Source: Alphaproteobacteria bacterium (lineage in GTDB: Bacteria; Pseudomonadota; Alphaproteobacteria; UBA828). Taken from it: a DNA stretch of 64,000 nt. The stretch lies in assembly GCA_965220745.1 (NCBI GenBank), contig CBDCQT010000012.1, positions 704,001 through 768,000 on the forward strand, in the 5' to 3' direction. The position numbers and the translations under genes were made by a program. Below the pieces are notes generated by a model. It worked only from the letters and a program-made list of their open reading frames with translations, was not told the DNA's origin and made no database searches. Below, in pieces: positions 46,988-58,632 of the stretch (positions within the stretch are counted from its first letter, which is position 1; each line of letters starts with the position of its first letter).

Positions 46988-47139
46988 GGTTCCAGGCCCC
47001 CTCAACACGGCTCCGGCGCGCCTGCCAGCGGCCTAATCTCCGCCGGCGCGCCAGATTGCGGGCGCATCATGCCAAAGAGAAGCCAAAGGGCAAAGCCGGG
47101 AGAGGGTCGCCGCGCCCGGCCCCCGTCGCCCGTCGGCGC

Positions 47140-48240
47140 CTACTCGACCACGAATGTCGGCGAGAAGTCGGCGGGTGCGAGCGAAAGGCGTGTGTTGAAC
47201 GAGTCGAGATTGGCCTGCTCGACGATGTGGATCAAAGGCCCGGCGTGCGGGTGCTCGAGCTTGCCTTCGAGGAGCCGCACGGCCATCTCGATGCCCATGC
47301 GGCCTTGCAGGGCGGGGAAGTCGGTGGGCGCGGCGAGAATCTTGTCACGTTTGATGCCGCGATAGACCGCGTGGGTGAAGTAGTCCGCCAGCACCCGGAT
47401 CTGGCCGGTGAGGCCACGCGCCCTGAGCAGGCTCACCGCCGCGCCTGCGGTAACCGCGCTGCCCACGATGTAGTCGACATCGGGGCGTTCCTCCAGCGCT
47501 TCCTCGACCAGGATCAACTGGATTTCACGGCCGGTGTCGCCCCACTTTCTCACGACGATGTCGACCGCGCTGCCCGCGAGTGCCTCGGTGAACCCTTCTT
47601 CGACGAAATAGGCCCACTGCGATTCCCGCGGGCCGGGGAACCACGCCACCTTGACCGTCGGCGTGCCCGCCGGATGGAGGCTGGCGAGGTAGGCACCGGT
47701 GACCGCCCCCATCGTGACCCAGGAGACGGCGGCCTTGGCACTGATGCCGGCGTCGGCGATGTCGTTGACCACGGCGAGCACAGGGATTTCCTCGCTGATC
47801 GCGAGCACCGCCTCGGTCAGCCCGTTGAAGCTCACCGCTCCCAGCGCCAGGATGTCGGCGTCCTGGGCGCATTCGGTGATCTGGGCGATCTGGCGTTCGA
47901 GATTGGGGTAGCCTCCCGCCTCGACAACGCGAAGCGCGACGCCGAGCCGCTTCGCCTCCTCGACCATGCCGTAGTTGACGCTGAGCCAGTACGAATCCTT
48001 GAGGTGGGGGTATGAGGCGCAGATGCGCCACTTCTGCGACGCGCGCTCGAGGGGGCGATAGGTGATGGTCGTCGTCGGGCTGCGGAAGTCGAAGGGCGGC
48101 GACCAGGCTTCGAGCGCCCACGTCGAGGGGGACGCGGAGGCCTCCACTGCTTGTCGCTCTGACCCCAACGTCGGCCCCGCGGCCAACGCCAAGCCCGCGA
48201 GGAGGCCGAGCAACAGGCTTGGTAGGCACCGTAATCTCAT
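47140..48240 (-). CDS. torT: Periplasmic TMAO-sensing protein TorT
   Basis: WRICASYPHLKDSYWLSVNYGM, EAGGYPNL, YFTHAVYRGIKR, LAPADFSPTF. Confidence 0.88.
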   Translation of the reverse strand: MRLRCLPSLLLGLLAGLALAAGPTLGSERQAVEASASPSTWALEAWSPPFDFRSPTTTITYRPLERASQKWRICASYPHLKDSYWLSVNYGMVEEAKRLGVALRVVEAGGYPNLERQIAQITECAQDADILALGAVSFNGLTEAVLAISEEIPVLAVVNDIADAGISAKAAVSWVTMGAVTGAYLASLHPAGTPTVKVAWFPGPRESQWAYFVEEGFTEALAGSAVDIVVRKWGDTGREIQLILVEEALEERPDVDYIVGSAVTAGAAVSLLRARGLTGQIRVLADYFTHAVYRGIKRDKILAAPTDFPALQGRMGIEMAVRLLEGKLEHPHAGPLIHIVEQANLDSFNTRLSLAPADFSPTFVVE

Positions 48241-51232
48241 GGCTGGCATGATGCGGCCGATTGCCTTTCAATTCCAACCGGTGTTCTAATTTCGCGATGT
48301 TCGGCCGCTTCGGCATTGCGAGCCGCCTGTTCGCCTCGTTTGCGGTGGTGGCGGCTCTCTCCATCGCAGCCGGGATCATCGGCTGGGTCGTTCTGCGTAA
48401 CGTCGACACTGCGCAGACCACCATCGTCGACGAGGCCATGCCGGCGATCGCCGAGGGGCGGATCATCGCCGAGACCTCCACTCAGATTGCAGCGCACGGC
48501 GCCCTGCTCGCCACGGCCGAAAGCCAGAGTGAGCGGCAGACCCAGGCCAATATCCTGCGCTCGACCACCGATCTGCTCTCTGCGCGGCTCGATGCGCTGG
48601 AAGGCTACGGCTTCCCCGAACAGGAAGTGGACGAACTTCGGGGCGTGGTCTCGGCGCTCTCGGCCAACCTGGACAGACAGAACGAGCTCGTCGACGCCCG
48701 GATCGGGATGACTGCGGCCCTCGCCGCGTCCATCGCGCGCACGCTGGATGCGGCGGGCGAGCTCTCGGCGCTTTCCGAGACGCTGACCTCCAACGCGGCG
48801 TCCGGGGCCACCGTCGTCATCTCCAACCTCTACGAGCTTGCCGAGGATACGGCGCGCCTCGCAGCCATGCTGGATGCCTTCGACCGGCTGGTGGAGGCGG
48901 ACCTCTTCCTGCTTGAGCGGATGTTCGAACTCAGGATGCGCGCCTCGGAGCAGGGTTTGCTTCTGAACCAGCTCGGCCGCGCGCGGGATACCGGCGAGAT
49001 CGAATGGATCGAGGAGCGCTACAGCGGCAACCTCCGCATTCTCGAGCGCCGGGTGGCTCTGATCGATGACCCGATCCGCCGCGAGCAGGCGGGGTCGCTC
49101 GTCGCGGCGCTCTCTTCCGACGGGCCGCCCGGCACGCTCGGCCTGTTCAGCCAGCGCCGCCGGGCGCTGCACCTCGACGCGGCGCTCGCGGTCCTGGCGG
49201 ACGACAACCGCGCCCTGACCGACCGGATGAACGAGGGCGTCGCTGCGGTCGTCTCCCGCTCCCAGCAGATCGCCGCCGACGCATCCGCGGCGGCGGATAG
49301 TGCCGTCGAGTTCGGCGGCCTCACCGTCCTGCTCCAGATTGTGCTGTTCATCGCGATCGCAGTCGCCATTGCCTGGCTCTACGTCCATCGCAACATCGTC
49401 CACCGGCTCACGTCGCTGCACAGGGTCATGCAGAGCCTCGCGGCCGGGCGGCTCGACGTGGCGGTGCCGACAGGCGGACGGGACGAGCTCTCCGACATGG
49501 CCGATACGGTGCGCGTCTTCCGCGACCAGGCGATCGACAAGCGGGAGCTTGAGAAGGAGCGGGAACAGACCAACGCTGAGTTGCGGCAGCACAAGGAACA
49601 CCTGGAGAGACTGGTCGCGGAACGCACGGCGCAGCTGACCGAGGCCAATGCCCGGCTGGTCGAGGAGGTGCGGAACCACGATCGCGCCCGTGCCCGCGCC
49701 GAGCAGGCGAGTCGTGCCAAGTCGGAGTTCCTCGCCACCATGAGCCATGAGATCCGTACCCCGATGAACGGGGTTCTCGGCATGCTGCGGCTCATGGCCG
49801 ACGGTCCGCTCAACGAGCGGCAGCGCCAGCAGGTCAGGGTCATGCGCTCGTCGAGCGAAATCCTACTGGGCATTCTCAACGACATCCTCGACTACTCGCG
49901 GGTCGAATCGGGTGAGATCGAAGTGGAGCGCGCGGTCTTCGACCTGCACGAGCTGGTCGAGGACATCGTGGTGCTGATGCAGGGCCGCGCCAGGGAGAAG
50001 GAGCTCGCCCTAGACCTGGCGATTGAGGACGGCGTGCCGGCGGCGGTGACCGGCGATCGCCAGAAGCTGAGCCAGGTGCTGCTCAACTTGCTCGGCAACG
50101 GCATCAAGTTCACGGACCGCGGCGCTGTCACGCTCGAGGTCTCGAACGGCGCGGAGCCCGATGCGATCCGCTTGGCCGTGCGTGACACCGGCCCCGGTAT
50201 CGCCAAGGCCGACCTCGCCCATCTCTTCGAGCCCTTCTATCAGGCGGCCGCGTCGCGCCGGCACGGGCAGCAGACCGGCACCGGGCTCGGACTCGCCATT
50301 TCGAGGCGGCTGGTCACGGCGATGGGGGGCGAAATCGGAGTGGAGACGGAGCCGGGAGACGGAAGTTGCTTCTCCGTCACGCTGCCGCTGCCGCGGGGCG
50401 AAGCGGCCGCCCAGCCGCCGGTCGAGGCGGTAGCATACGAGGCAGCTGGCCACGGCCAATCGCTCGACGTCCTTATCGTGGAGGACAACGTGGTCAACGC
50501 CATGGTGGTGGAGGCCTTCGTCGCCAGGATGGGCCACAAGCCCCTCGTCGCGCCCACCGCGGAGGAGGGGCTCGAACTGCTGGAGGAGCAGGCGTTCGAT
50601 CTTGTCCTCATGGACATCAGCCTGCCCGGCATCGACGGCATCGAGGCGACCCAGCGCATCCGCGCCCACGCCGATGCGGCGATCCGCTCGCTGCCGGTCA
50701 TCGCCATGTCGGCTCACGTGTTCGACAACGAGGTCGCCCAGCACCTGCAGTCAGGGATGGATGCCTTCATCGGCAAGCCCATCGCGCCCGACGGCCTGGC
50801 GCAGACCATCGCCAGCGTTCTCGGCCGCACGCCCGGCGAGCGCGCCGCCATGGACGGCGGCCGTGCCGGTGACAGCGGGGAGTCGATCATTGATCCCGCC
50901 GTCCTCGCGCAGGATCGCGCGGTGCTGGGGGCGGAGCGCGGCGGCTTGATGGTCGATACCTTTATCGAGACGGCGCCGGCTCAGATTGAGGGCATCAGGC
51001 AGGCGCTGGCCGAGGGGCGGACGGAGCGGGCGGCCGACCTCGCCCACGCGCTGAGAGGAGCCGCCGGCAGCCTTGGGCTGCGCCGCCTCGCGGACCGCTG
51101 CGGCGTGCTCGAGGCGCGCGCCCGCACGCCGGAGGCGGCGGCAGTTGCCGAGGACCTGGACCGGTTGTTCGACGAATCGCGCGAAGCGCTGGTGACGCTC
51201 TGGGCGGGTCTCGAAACGGCCGAACGTGAGGG

Positions 51233-51937
<705 letters not shown>

Positions 51938-51967
51938 CTCCGGGCCCCGCGCCTCGATCTCCACCTC

Positions 51968-52029
51968 ATTTTCACATCTTTCATGATCTTTTACAGGCTG
52001 TTTATCGCAAGGGTCTGTCTTGTTCACAA
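51968..52029 (+). promoter_or_regulatory. Tor-box-like direct repeats between torR and tmoX
   Basis: ATTTTCACAT, CTGTTTATCG and TTGTTCACAA each match CTGTTCATAT at 7/10, with related 10-mers in between. Confidence 0.5.
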
Positions 52030-52109
52030 CGCCCCTCTAGGCTTGCAGGCTCGGCGCGGAGGGCCCGCGCACGAGACACGCTCATGCGAGCACTAACGAG
52101 GAGGCGACT

Positions 52110-53078
52110 ATGGTGGGTACAAATATGAGACGGTGGACAATCGCGCTCGTCGCAGGGGCCGCGATCGGCCTCTCGGGCGCCGTGTCCGGCGTGGCTCAGG
52201 CCGCGGATTCCGACGACCCGATCAAGATCCCGATCCATAACTGGTCAAGCCAGATCGTGGGTGCCCACGTTTTGGGCAAGATTCTGAACGGCCAGGGCTT
52301 CGAGACGGAGTTCATCCCCGCCGACAGCCAGGTGGTGTACACCTCCATGTGCGAGGGTGACATCGACGTGGTCCACGAGGTCTGGCAGGGCGCGTTCGGC
52401 GTGGCGTTCGAGCAGGTCGTTGGCGAGGGCTGCGTGATCGACGCTGCGACCCACGACGCGAAGACCCGCGAGGAGTGGTGGTATCCCAGTTATGTCGAGG
52501 AGCAGTGCCCAGGCCTGCCCGACTGGGAGGCGCTGAATGCCTGCGCTGAGATGTTCGCAACTGCCGAGACGGCCCCGAAGGGTCGCTTCCTCGGCGGGCC
52601 GGTCGACTGGTTGAAGCACGACGCCGAGCGCGTCGAAGGCCTCGGCATGGACTTCGAGGTGGTGAACGCTGGCTCGGCTGCGGCCATTTGGGCGGAGCTG
52701 GCATCGGCGTTCGAGCGCAAGGCGCCGATCGTGCACTTCAATTGGACGCCCAACTTCATCGAGGCGATCTACGACGGCAAGTTCGTCGAGTTCCCGGAGT
52801 ATGGCGAGGGCTGCAAGGACGACCCGGCCTGGGGCCCCAACCCCGACATGACCTATGACTGCGGCAACCCGAAGGACGGTTATCTCAAGATCGGCGTCTG
52901 GAAGGGAATGCCCGACAAGTGGCCGACGGTCTATGCCATCGTCTCGAAGATGAACCTGACCAATCTCGATATCGCGGTGATGTCCAAGCTCGTCGACATC
53001 GACGGCATGGAGGTCGAAGAGGCGGCCGACAAGTGGCTCGCCGACAACGAAGCCAAGTGGATGTCCTGGGTTAACTAA
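52110..53078 (+). CDS. tmoX: TMAO ABC transporter substrate-binding protein
   Basis: PIHNWSSQ, HEVWQGAF, HDAKTREEWWYP, GPVDWLKHD, FNWTPNF; tor/tdm context. Confidence 0.85.
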   Translation: MVGTNMRRWTIALVAGAAIGLSGAVSGVAQAADSDDPIKIPIHNWSSQIVGAHVLGKILNGQGFETEFIPADSQVVYTSMCEGDIDVVHEVWQGAFGVAFEQVVGEGCVIDAATHDAKTREEWWYPSYVEEQCPGLPDWEALNACAEMFATAETAPKGRFLGGPVDWLKHDAERVEGLGMDFEVVNAGSAAAIWAELASAFERKAPIVHFNWTPNFIEAIYDGKFVEFPEYGEGCKDDPAWGPNPDMTYDCGNPKDGYLKIGVWKGMPDKWPTVYAIVSKMNLTNLDIAVMSKLVDIDGMEVEEAADKWLADNEAKWMSWVN

Positions 53079-53096
53079 CCCAGAGTCCTTGGCTAC

Positions 53097-53141
53097 GGGG
53101 GCGCCGCCTTGACTCCCTGTGGCGGCGCCCTCGCTTTATTT
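53097..53141 (+). terminator. Terminator or stabiliser hairpin after tmoX
   Basis: GGGGGCGCCGCC...GGCGGCGCCCTC followed by GCTTTATTT. Confidence 0.55.
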
Positions 53142-53250
53142 CATGCCCCTGCCGGCACATAGTATTCGCGCCCATCGCCGCCAACGATGGAGCGAAAGGC
53201 CGACGAGGTGGGGCAGCGGCACGCGCTCTGCCGTGGCGGGGAGGTGCGAT

Positions 53251-54273
53251 TTGGCCGAACCTATTCTCACGTGCAGCAGCGTCTGGAAGCTGTTCGGCCC
53301 CAAACCCCGGCCGTTCATGGACAGGCACGGGGGCGCGCCCGGTCTCGCCGCCATTCTTGACGAGGGCTACATCCCCGCCGTCCGCGACGCCTCGCTGGAG
53401 GTCAACGCCGGCGAAATCCTGGTGATCATGGGGCTCTCGGGCTCCGGCAAGTCCACACTACTCCGTTGCCTTGCACGCCTGATCGAACCCACCGCCGGCG
53501 CGATCGTGTTCGAGGGCCAGGACCTGCTCAAGGCGACCAATCGCGAGCTGACGCAGCTGCGCCGCCACAAGATGGGCATGGTATTTCAGCACTTCGCGCT
53601 GCTTCCCCACCGCACGGTGTTGCAGAACGTGGCCTTCCCGCTCGAGGTCCAGGGCATCGATCGCCGCACGCGGGAGACTCGTGCCCGCGAGATGATCGAG
53701 CTCGTCGGCCTCGAAGGGCGCGAGCGCTATTACCCGCGCGAGCTCTCCGGCGGGCAGCAGCAGCGCGTCGGAATTGCCCGTTCGCTCGCAGTGGGGCCCG
53801 AGCTCTGGTTCCTCGACGAGCCCTTCTCCGCTCTCGATCCGCTCATCCGCCGCGAGATGCAGAACGAGTTCCTGCGCCTACAGAACATGCTGCACAAGAC
53901 GATCCTGTTCATCACTCATGACTTCGATGAGGCGATCCGGCTTGCGGACCGCATCATCATCATGAAGGACGGCATCATCGAGCAGGCCGGCACCGCCACC
54001 GAGCTGATCGAGAACCCCGAGACCGACTACGTGCGCGAGTTCACCAAGGACGTGGCGCGAGATCGCCTGCTCACAGTGGCGACGGCTGTACGCCCCGCCG
54101 CCGCGGGCGAGACGACGCAAGGCGAGGTCAAGGCGGGCGCCACCCTGGCAGACGTCGCGCCGCAGGTGATCGAAGCCGAGCGCCCGGTGGCAGTCGTCGA
54201 CGAGAGAGGCCGGATGGTCGGCGTGGTCGACCGCTACGGTCTCGTCGACGCGATGTACGCCGACCGCTCGTAA
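53251..54273 (+). CDS. tmoW: TMAO/betaine-type ABC ATP-binding protein
   Basis: MGLSGSGKST, LSGGQQQRVGIARSL, FLDEPFSALDP; TTG start with GGAGG RBS. Confidence 0.85.
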   Translation: MAEPILTCSSVWKLFGPKPRPFMDRHGGAPGLAAILDEGYIPAVRDASLEVNAGEILVIMGLSGSGKSTLLRCLARLIEPTAGAIVFEGQDLLKATNRELTQLRRHKMGMVFQHFALLPHRTVLQNVAFPLEVQGIDRRTRETRAREMIELVGLEGRERYYPRELSGGQQQRVGIARSLAVGPELWFLDEPFSALDPLIRREMQNEFLRLQNMLHKTILFITHDFDEAIRLADRIIIMKDGIIEQAGTATELIENPETDYVREFTKDVARDRLLTVATAVRPAAAGETTQGEVKAGATLADVAPQVIEAERPVAVVDERGRMVGVVDRYGLVDAMYADRS

Positions 54274-54276
54274 GTC

Positions 54277-56277
54277 ATGGCCGCAGAGCGGACCCTCGGA
54301 GGATCGATCGCAGGGTCGATTGCGACGACACGCCGCCTCTGGCGCACGCCGGGTGTGGGGCCGCTGCTCGTTCTGGTGCCCTTTGTGGTTTTGTTGGCGC
54401 TCAAGCCCGTTCTGCCTGAGGCCGGGATCGTCTGGCCCAGGGACATCGCGGTGCCCTTCATCGACTGGATCAACGTCGTCGTCAACGTCTTCCACAAGCA
54501 CGAGATCTTCGGCGTCTTCACGGTCAAGGATGTAACGCGGGCGATCGCCTTCGGGATTGAATGGCCGCTCGACATCGTTCACGGCCTGCTCGCCGGTGGC
54601 TTCAGGTCGATCGGCATCCCTGCCATCCCATGGGTGATGATCGCCGGCCTCGCTGCGGTCTTCGGTTGGTGGCTGAAGGGCTGGCGGCTCGCGCTGCTGG
54701 CCGGCGGCTGCATCGTCTATTTCGCCGTCTTCGGCAAGTGGTCGCTCTCGATGACGACGCTTTCCGTCGTTCTGGTCGCGGCGCCGATCGCAGCCGCCGT
54801 CGGCTTGGCGCTTGGCGTGGTGGGGGCCAAGTCACGGCCCTTCGAGCGGGCGCTCTGGCCGCTCCTCAACGTCATGCAGTCGCTGCCGCACTTCTCTTAC
54901 CTGATCCCGGTGGCGCTCTTCATCGGCGTCTCCCACCGGGCCGGCGCAATCGCCACCATACTCTTCGCCATACCGCCCATGACGCGGCTCACGCTGCTCG
55001 GGCTCAAGGGCGTCTCCGAGGAGGTGCGCGAGGCCGGCGTGATGGCCGGTTGCACGCGCTGGCAGATGCTCTTCAGGGTGGAGATTCCGGCCGCGCGCGA
55101 TTCGCTCATGCTGGGCGTCAACCAGGTCATCATGCAGTGCCTGGCGATGGTCGTGATCGCCTCCTTCGTGGGCGCCAAGGGGCTGGGACAGGACCTGCTG
55201 TTCCGCCTGCAGAGCCTGCGTCTCGGACAGGCGCTGGAGAACGGCGTCGCTGTGGTGCTGATGGCGGTGATGCTCGACCGGCTGAGCCGCGCACTCTCCG
55301 AGAAGCAGCCCGAGCGTCGCCCCGACGGCCCCTTCTGGCGCGTGCATCCCTATTTGATGGTGGCCGCTGTCATCATCGTCGTCTCGATTGTCCTGTCGCT
55401 GCTGACGCCCTACGCCCAGACGCTGCCCAAGAACGCTACGATCACAACCGCGCCCTTCTGGGACATGGTCGTGGAATTCATCACGTTCACGCTCTACGAC
55501 CCGCTTTCCGTCATTCGCGACGGCCTGCTCGTCCACGTGCTGATCCCGCTGCGCACGGGCTTCCAGTGGATGCCGTGGATCGCGGTGGCGTCGCTGGCCG
55601 GTGCCATCGGCTGGCGCCTTGCGGGCCCGCGGCTCGCGGCGACGGCGGCGAGCTTTGTCTGCTTCATCGCGCTCACGGGCTTCTGGGAGCGTGCCTCGAT
55701 CACCGCCTACATGGTCTTCTTCGCGCTGATCCTCTGCCTGATTTTCGGGCTGCCGCTCGGCATCTGGGCATCGAAAACCGCGGGGCGCACCCGGTTCGTG
55801 CAACTCCTCTGCGACACCTTCCAGACCTTCCCGTCGTTCATCTACCTGATCCCGGTGATCATGCTGTTCCAGGTTGGCGACGTGGCGGCGATCACCGCCA
55901 TCGTGATCTACGCGGCAATCCCCATCGTCCGCTACACGATCTTCGGCCTGCGCGGCGTGCCCAACGAGACCATCGAGGCGGCGATCACCGCCGGCTGCAC
56001 GCCCCGGCAGATCCTGTGGAAGGTGCGGATGCCGCTGGCCTTCCCCGAGATCATGCTGGGGGTCAACCAGACCATCATGTTCGGGCTCTTCATGGTGATC
56101 ATCGCGGCCTTCATTGGGACCAAGGATTTGGGGCAGGAGATCTTCCGGGCGCTCACCTTCGCTGATGCAGGCAAGGGTCTCGTCATCGGACTCTGTGTGG
56201 CGTTCATCGGCCTCACGGTCGATCGCCTGGTCGTGGAGTGGTCCGAGCAGCGGCGGCGCCAACTGGGCCTGGCCTGA
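54277..56277 (+). CDS. tmoV: TMAO ABC permease with two fused ProW-type domains
   Basis: MQSLPHFSYLIP and FQTFPSFIYLIP halves; GVNQ motif twice. Confidence 0.85.
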   Translation: MAAERTLGGSIAGSIATTRRLWRTPGVGPLLVLVPFVVLLALKPVLPEAGIVWPRDIAVPFIDWINVVVNVFHKHEIFGVFTVKDVTRAIAFGIEWPLDIVHGLLAGGFRSIGIPAIPWVMIAGLAAVFGWWLKGWRLALLAGGCIVYFAVFGKWSLSMTTLSVVLVAAPIAAAVGLALGVVGAKSRPFERALWPLLNVMQSLPHFSYLIPVALFIGVSHRAGAIATILFAIPPMTRLTLLGLKGVSEEVREAGVMAGCTRWQMLFRVEIPAARDSLMLGVNQVIMQCLAMVVIASFVGAKGLGQDLLFRLQSLRLGQALENGVAVVLMAVMLDRLSRALSEKQPERRPDGPFWRVHPYLMVAAVIIVVSIVLSLLTPYAQTLPKNATITTAPFWDMVVEFITFTLYDPLSVIRDGLLVHVLIPLRTGFQWMPWIAVASLAGAIGWRLAGPRLAATAASFVCFIALTGFWERASITAYMVFFALILCLIFGLPLGIWASKTAGRTRFVQLLCDTFQTFPSFIYLIPVIMLFQVGDVAAITAIVIYAAIPIVRYTIFGLRGVPNETIEAAITAGCTPRQILWKVRMPLAFPEIMLGVNQTIMFGLFMVIIAAFIGTKDLGQEIFRALTFADAGKGLVIGLCVAFIGLTVDRLVVEWSEQRRRQLGLA

Positions 56278-56301
56278 GCGAAGCCACGGAAAGGGCACGT
56301 C

Positions 56302-58632
56302 ATGGAACTCGTTTCAGCCGGTGGAGCTCAGTTTCCGCGCGGCGTGCGGCGGCCGGGCATTCTCGCGCTCCCGCCTGGAGTGGAACGCCACGTCGTTCCG
56401 GGCCGAAGCGCGCGGGCCATACGGATCGCGGGCGGCGACCTCATCCGTCTCGTCAATGCCGAAGGCGGGCAGACCTGCGAGCTGGTCAGCGTAGCGGACG
56501 ACGGCCGGTTCGTCGAAAGCCTGCTGGGGGAGAGGGCAGGGGGGAATGCCGCTGGCCTCCGCCGGCTTCTGGCCGACGGCGTGGCGCACGTCGACCGCGA
56601 CCTCAACGGCGCCTCGTCTCTCGACCTGTTCGGGCCGGAGAGCCGCGCCGGCGAGGAGGCGTCGTTCACGGCGAGCGGCGCCGGTACGGTGATCGTGGCG
56701 ACGCCCGGCGCGCCGATGGCGGCCGACGGGCAGGACCCGCCGACGCCCATCGTGGTGTTCGTGGAACGCGCCGCAGGTGCCGTGCCGGTGGGCGAGGCGG
56801 TGCTGCCCGAGCCGCTGGCTGACCCGCGCCTCGACCAGCGGATCGACCGCCGCACGGCCGCGAGCTACGAGGTGCGCGCCGGCGAGTGGCTCCAGATCAT
56901 CGATGTCGAAGGGCGTCAGTGTACCGACTTTCAGGCGTTCCATCGGGCGCGGCTGGACGAGGGAGTCGAGCGCTGCCTCGACGTGACCACCACCCGCTCG
57001 CTGATGGGGCTCGGCTATCCCCATCCGGGGCAGCGGGCAAAATATCTGGACCAGGATTTCGTGGCGCTGGTCGAGGTGGTGCAGGACACCTGCATGCGCC
57101 ACGACGCCTTCGGGCTGGCGTGCGCGGCCAAGTACTACGAGGACCAGGGCTACCCCGGCCACGCCAACTGCTCAGACAACTTCAATATGGCCCTGGAGTC
57201 GTATGCGATTCAGCCCCGGCGCGGCTGGATGGCCATGAACTTCTTCTACAACACCCAAGTCGACGGCCGGAACCTGTTCGTCCTCGACGAGCCGTGGTCC
57301 CGCCCCGGCGACTACGTCCTGCTGCGGGCGCTGACCGATCTGGTCTGCGTCTCGTCCGCCTGCCCGGACGATATCGATGCGGCCAACGGCTGGAACCCCA
57401 CCGACATTCACGTGCGCGTCTATCCGGAGACGGAGTCCTTCACGCGCGCCGTCGGCCACTACAAGCAACCGGATGCGGACGTGACCATGACCAAGGAAAC
57501 AGGCTTTCACGCCCGCACCAGCGGCCTCACCCGCGATTTCGTCGAGTACAACGGCTACTGGCTGCCCAACAGCTACACCGGCGTCGGGCCGATCGCGGAA
57601 TATTGGACCTGCCGCGAGCGGGTCGCCGCCATCGACCTCTCGCCGCTGCGCAAGTTCGAGGTGCTGGGGCCGGGGGCGGAGGCGCTGCTGCAGCACTGCT
57701 TGACGCGCAACGTGCGGAAGCTCGCGGTGGGGCAGGTGGTCTACACCGCCATGTGCTACGACACCGGCACGATGCTCGACGACGGAACCCTGTTCCGGCT
57801 GGGCCAGGACAACTTCCGTTGGATCGGCGGCTGCGACCAGGGCGGCGCCTGGCTGCGCGAGCAGGCCGAGGCGCTCGGCCTCGACGTGTGGGTCCGCTCG
57901 TCCACCGACCAGCTCCATAACCTCTCGGTTCAGGGGCCGCAGAGTCGGCGGGTGGTGAGCGAGGTCGTATGGACGCCGCCGACCCAGCCGAGCGTCGACG
58001 AGCTCGGCTGGTTCCGCTTCTCCATCGGCCGGTTGGGCGACCCGGACGGGCCGGCGCTGGTCGTCTCCCGCACGGGCTACACTGGTGAGCTGGGCTATGA
58101 GATTTTCTGCCACCCGACCGACTGCGAGGCGGTGTGGGATGCGGTGTGGGCGGCGGGCGAGCCGCACGAAATCAGTCCGCTCGGCCTGGAGGCCCTCGAT
58201 ATCCTGCGGATCGAGGCCGGTCTGATCTTTGCCGGCTACGAGTTCGACGATCAGACCGACCCCTTCGAGGCCGGGATCGGCTTCACCGTCCCGCTCAAGT
58301 CGAAGGAAGACGATTTCTGCGGCAGGGCGGCGCTGGTCAAGCGCAAGGCCAACCCGCAGCGCATGCTGGTGGGCCTCGAACTCACGGGCGACGAGGTTGC
58401 GAGCCACGGCGATGGCGTGTTCGTCGGCCGCCACCGGGTCGGCGTCGTCACGTCTGGCACCCGCTCGCCGATGACGGGCAAGTCCATCGCGCTTTGCCGC
58501 ATGGCGGTGGAGCACGCCGGGACGGGGACCGCCGTCGAGGTCGGCCAGCTCGACGGCGTGCAGAAGCGTCTCGAAGCGACGGTGGTGCCGTTCCCCTTCT
58601 ACGATCCCGACAAGTTGCGGGTCAGGATGTAG
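56302..58632 (+). CDS. tdm: TMAO demethylase (DUF1989 plus GcvT-type domain)
   Basis: GRQCTDF, HDAFGLAC, NCSDNFN, SACPDDIDAANGWNPT, SRTGYTGELGYE. Confidence 0.88.
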   Translation: MELVSAGGAQFPRGVRRPGILALPPGVERHVVPGRSARAIRIAGGDLIRLVNAEGGQTCELVSVADDGRFVESLLGERAGGNAAGLRRLLADGVAHVDRDLNGASSLDLFGPESRAGEEASFTASGAGTVIVATPGAPMAADGQDPPTPIVVFVERAAGAVPVGEAVLPEPLADPRLDQRIDRRTAASYEVRAGEWLQIIDVEGRQCTDFQAFHRARLDEGVERCLDVTTTRSLMGLGYPHPGQRAKYLDQDFVALVEVVQDTCMRHDAFGLACAAKYYEDQGYPGHANCSDNFNMALESYAIQPRRGWMAMNFFYNTQVDGRNLFVLDEPWSRPGDYVLLRALTDLVCVSSACPDDIDAANGWNPTDIHVRVYPETESFTRAVGHYKQPDADVTMTKETGFHARTSGLTRDFVEYNGYWLPNSYTGVGPIAEYWTCRERVAAIDLSPLRKFEVLGPGAEALLQHCLTRNVRKLAVGQVVYTAMCYDTGTMLDDGTLFRLGQDNFRWIGGCDQGGAWLREQAEALGLDVWVRSSTDQLHNLSVQGPQSRRVVSEVVWTPPTQPSVDELGWFRFSIGRLGDPDGPALVVSRTGYTGELGYEIFCHPTDCEAVWDAVWAAGEPHEISPLGLEALDILRIEAGLIFAGYEFDDQTDPFEAGIGFTVPLKSKEDDFCGRAALVKRKANPQRMLVGLELTGDEVASHGDGVFVGRHRVGVVTSGTRSPMTGKSIALCRMAVEHAGTGTAVEVGQLDGVQKRLEATVVPFPFYDPDKLRVRM

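Noticed and set aside
56302-58632. Tdm GcvT domain as the missing T protein for gcvPA/PB
   Set aside because: It is part of the DUF1989 fusion explained by TMAO demethylation, and lies 23 kb away.
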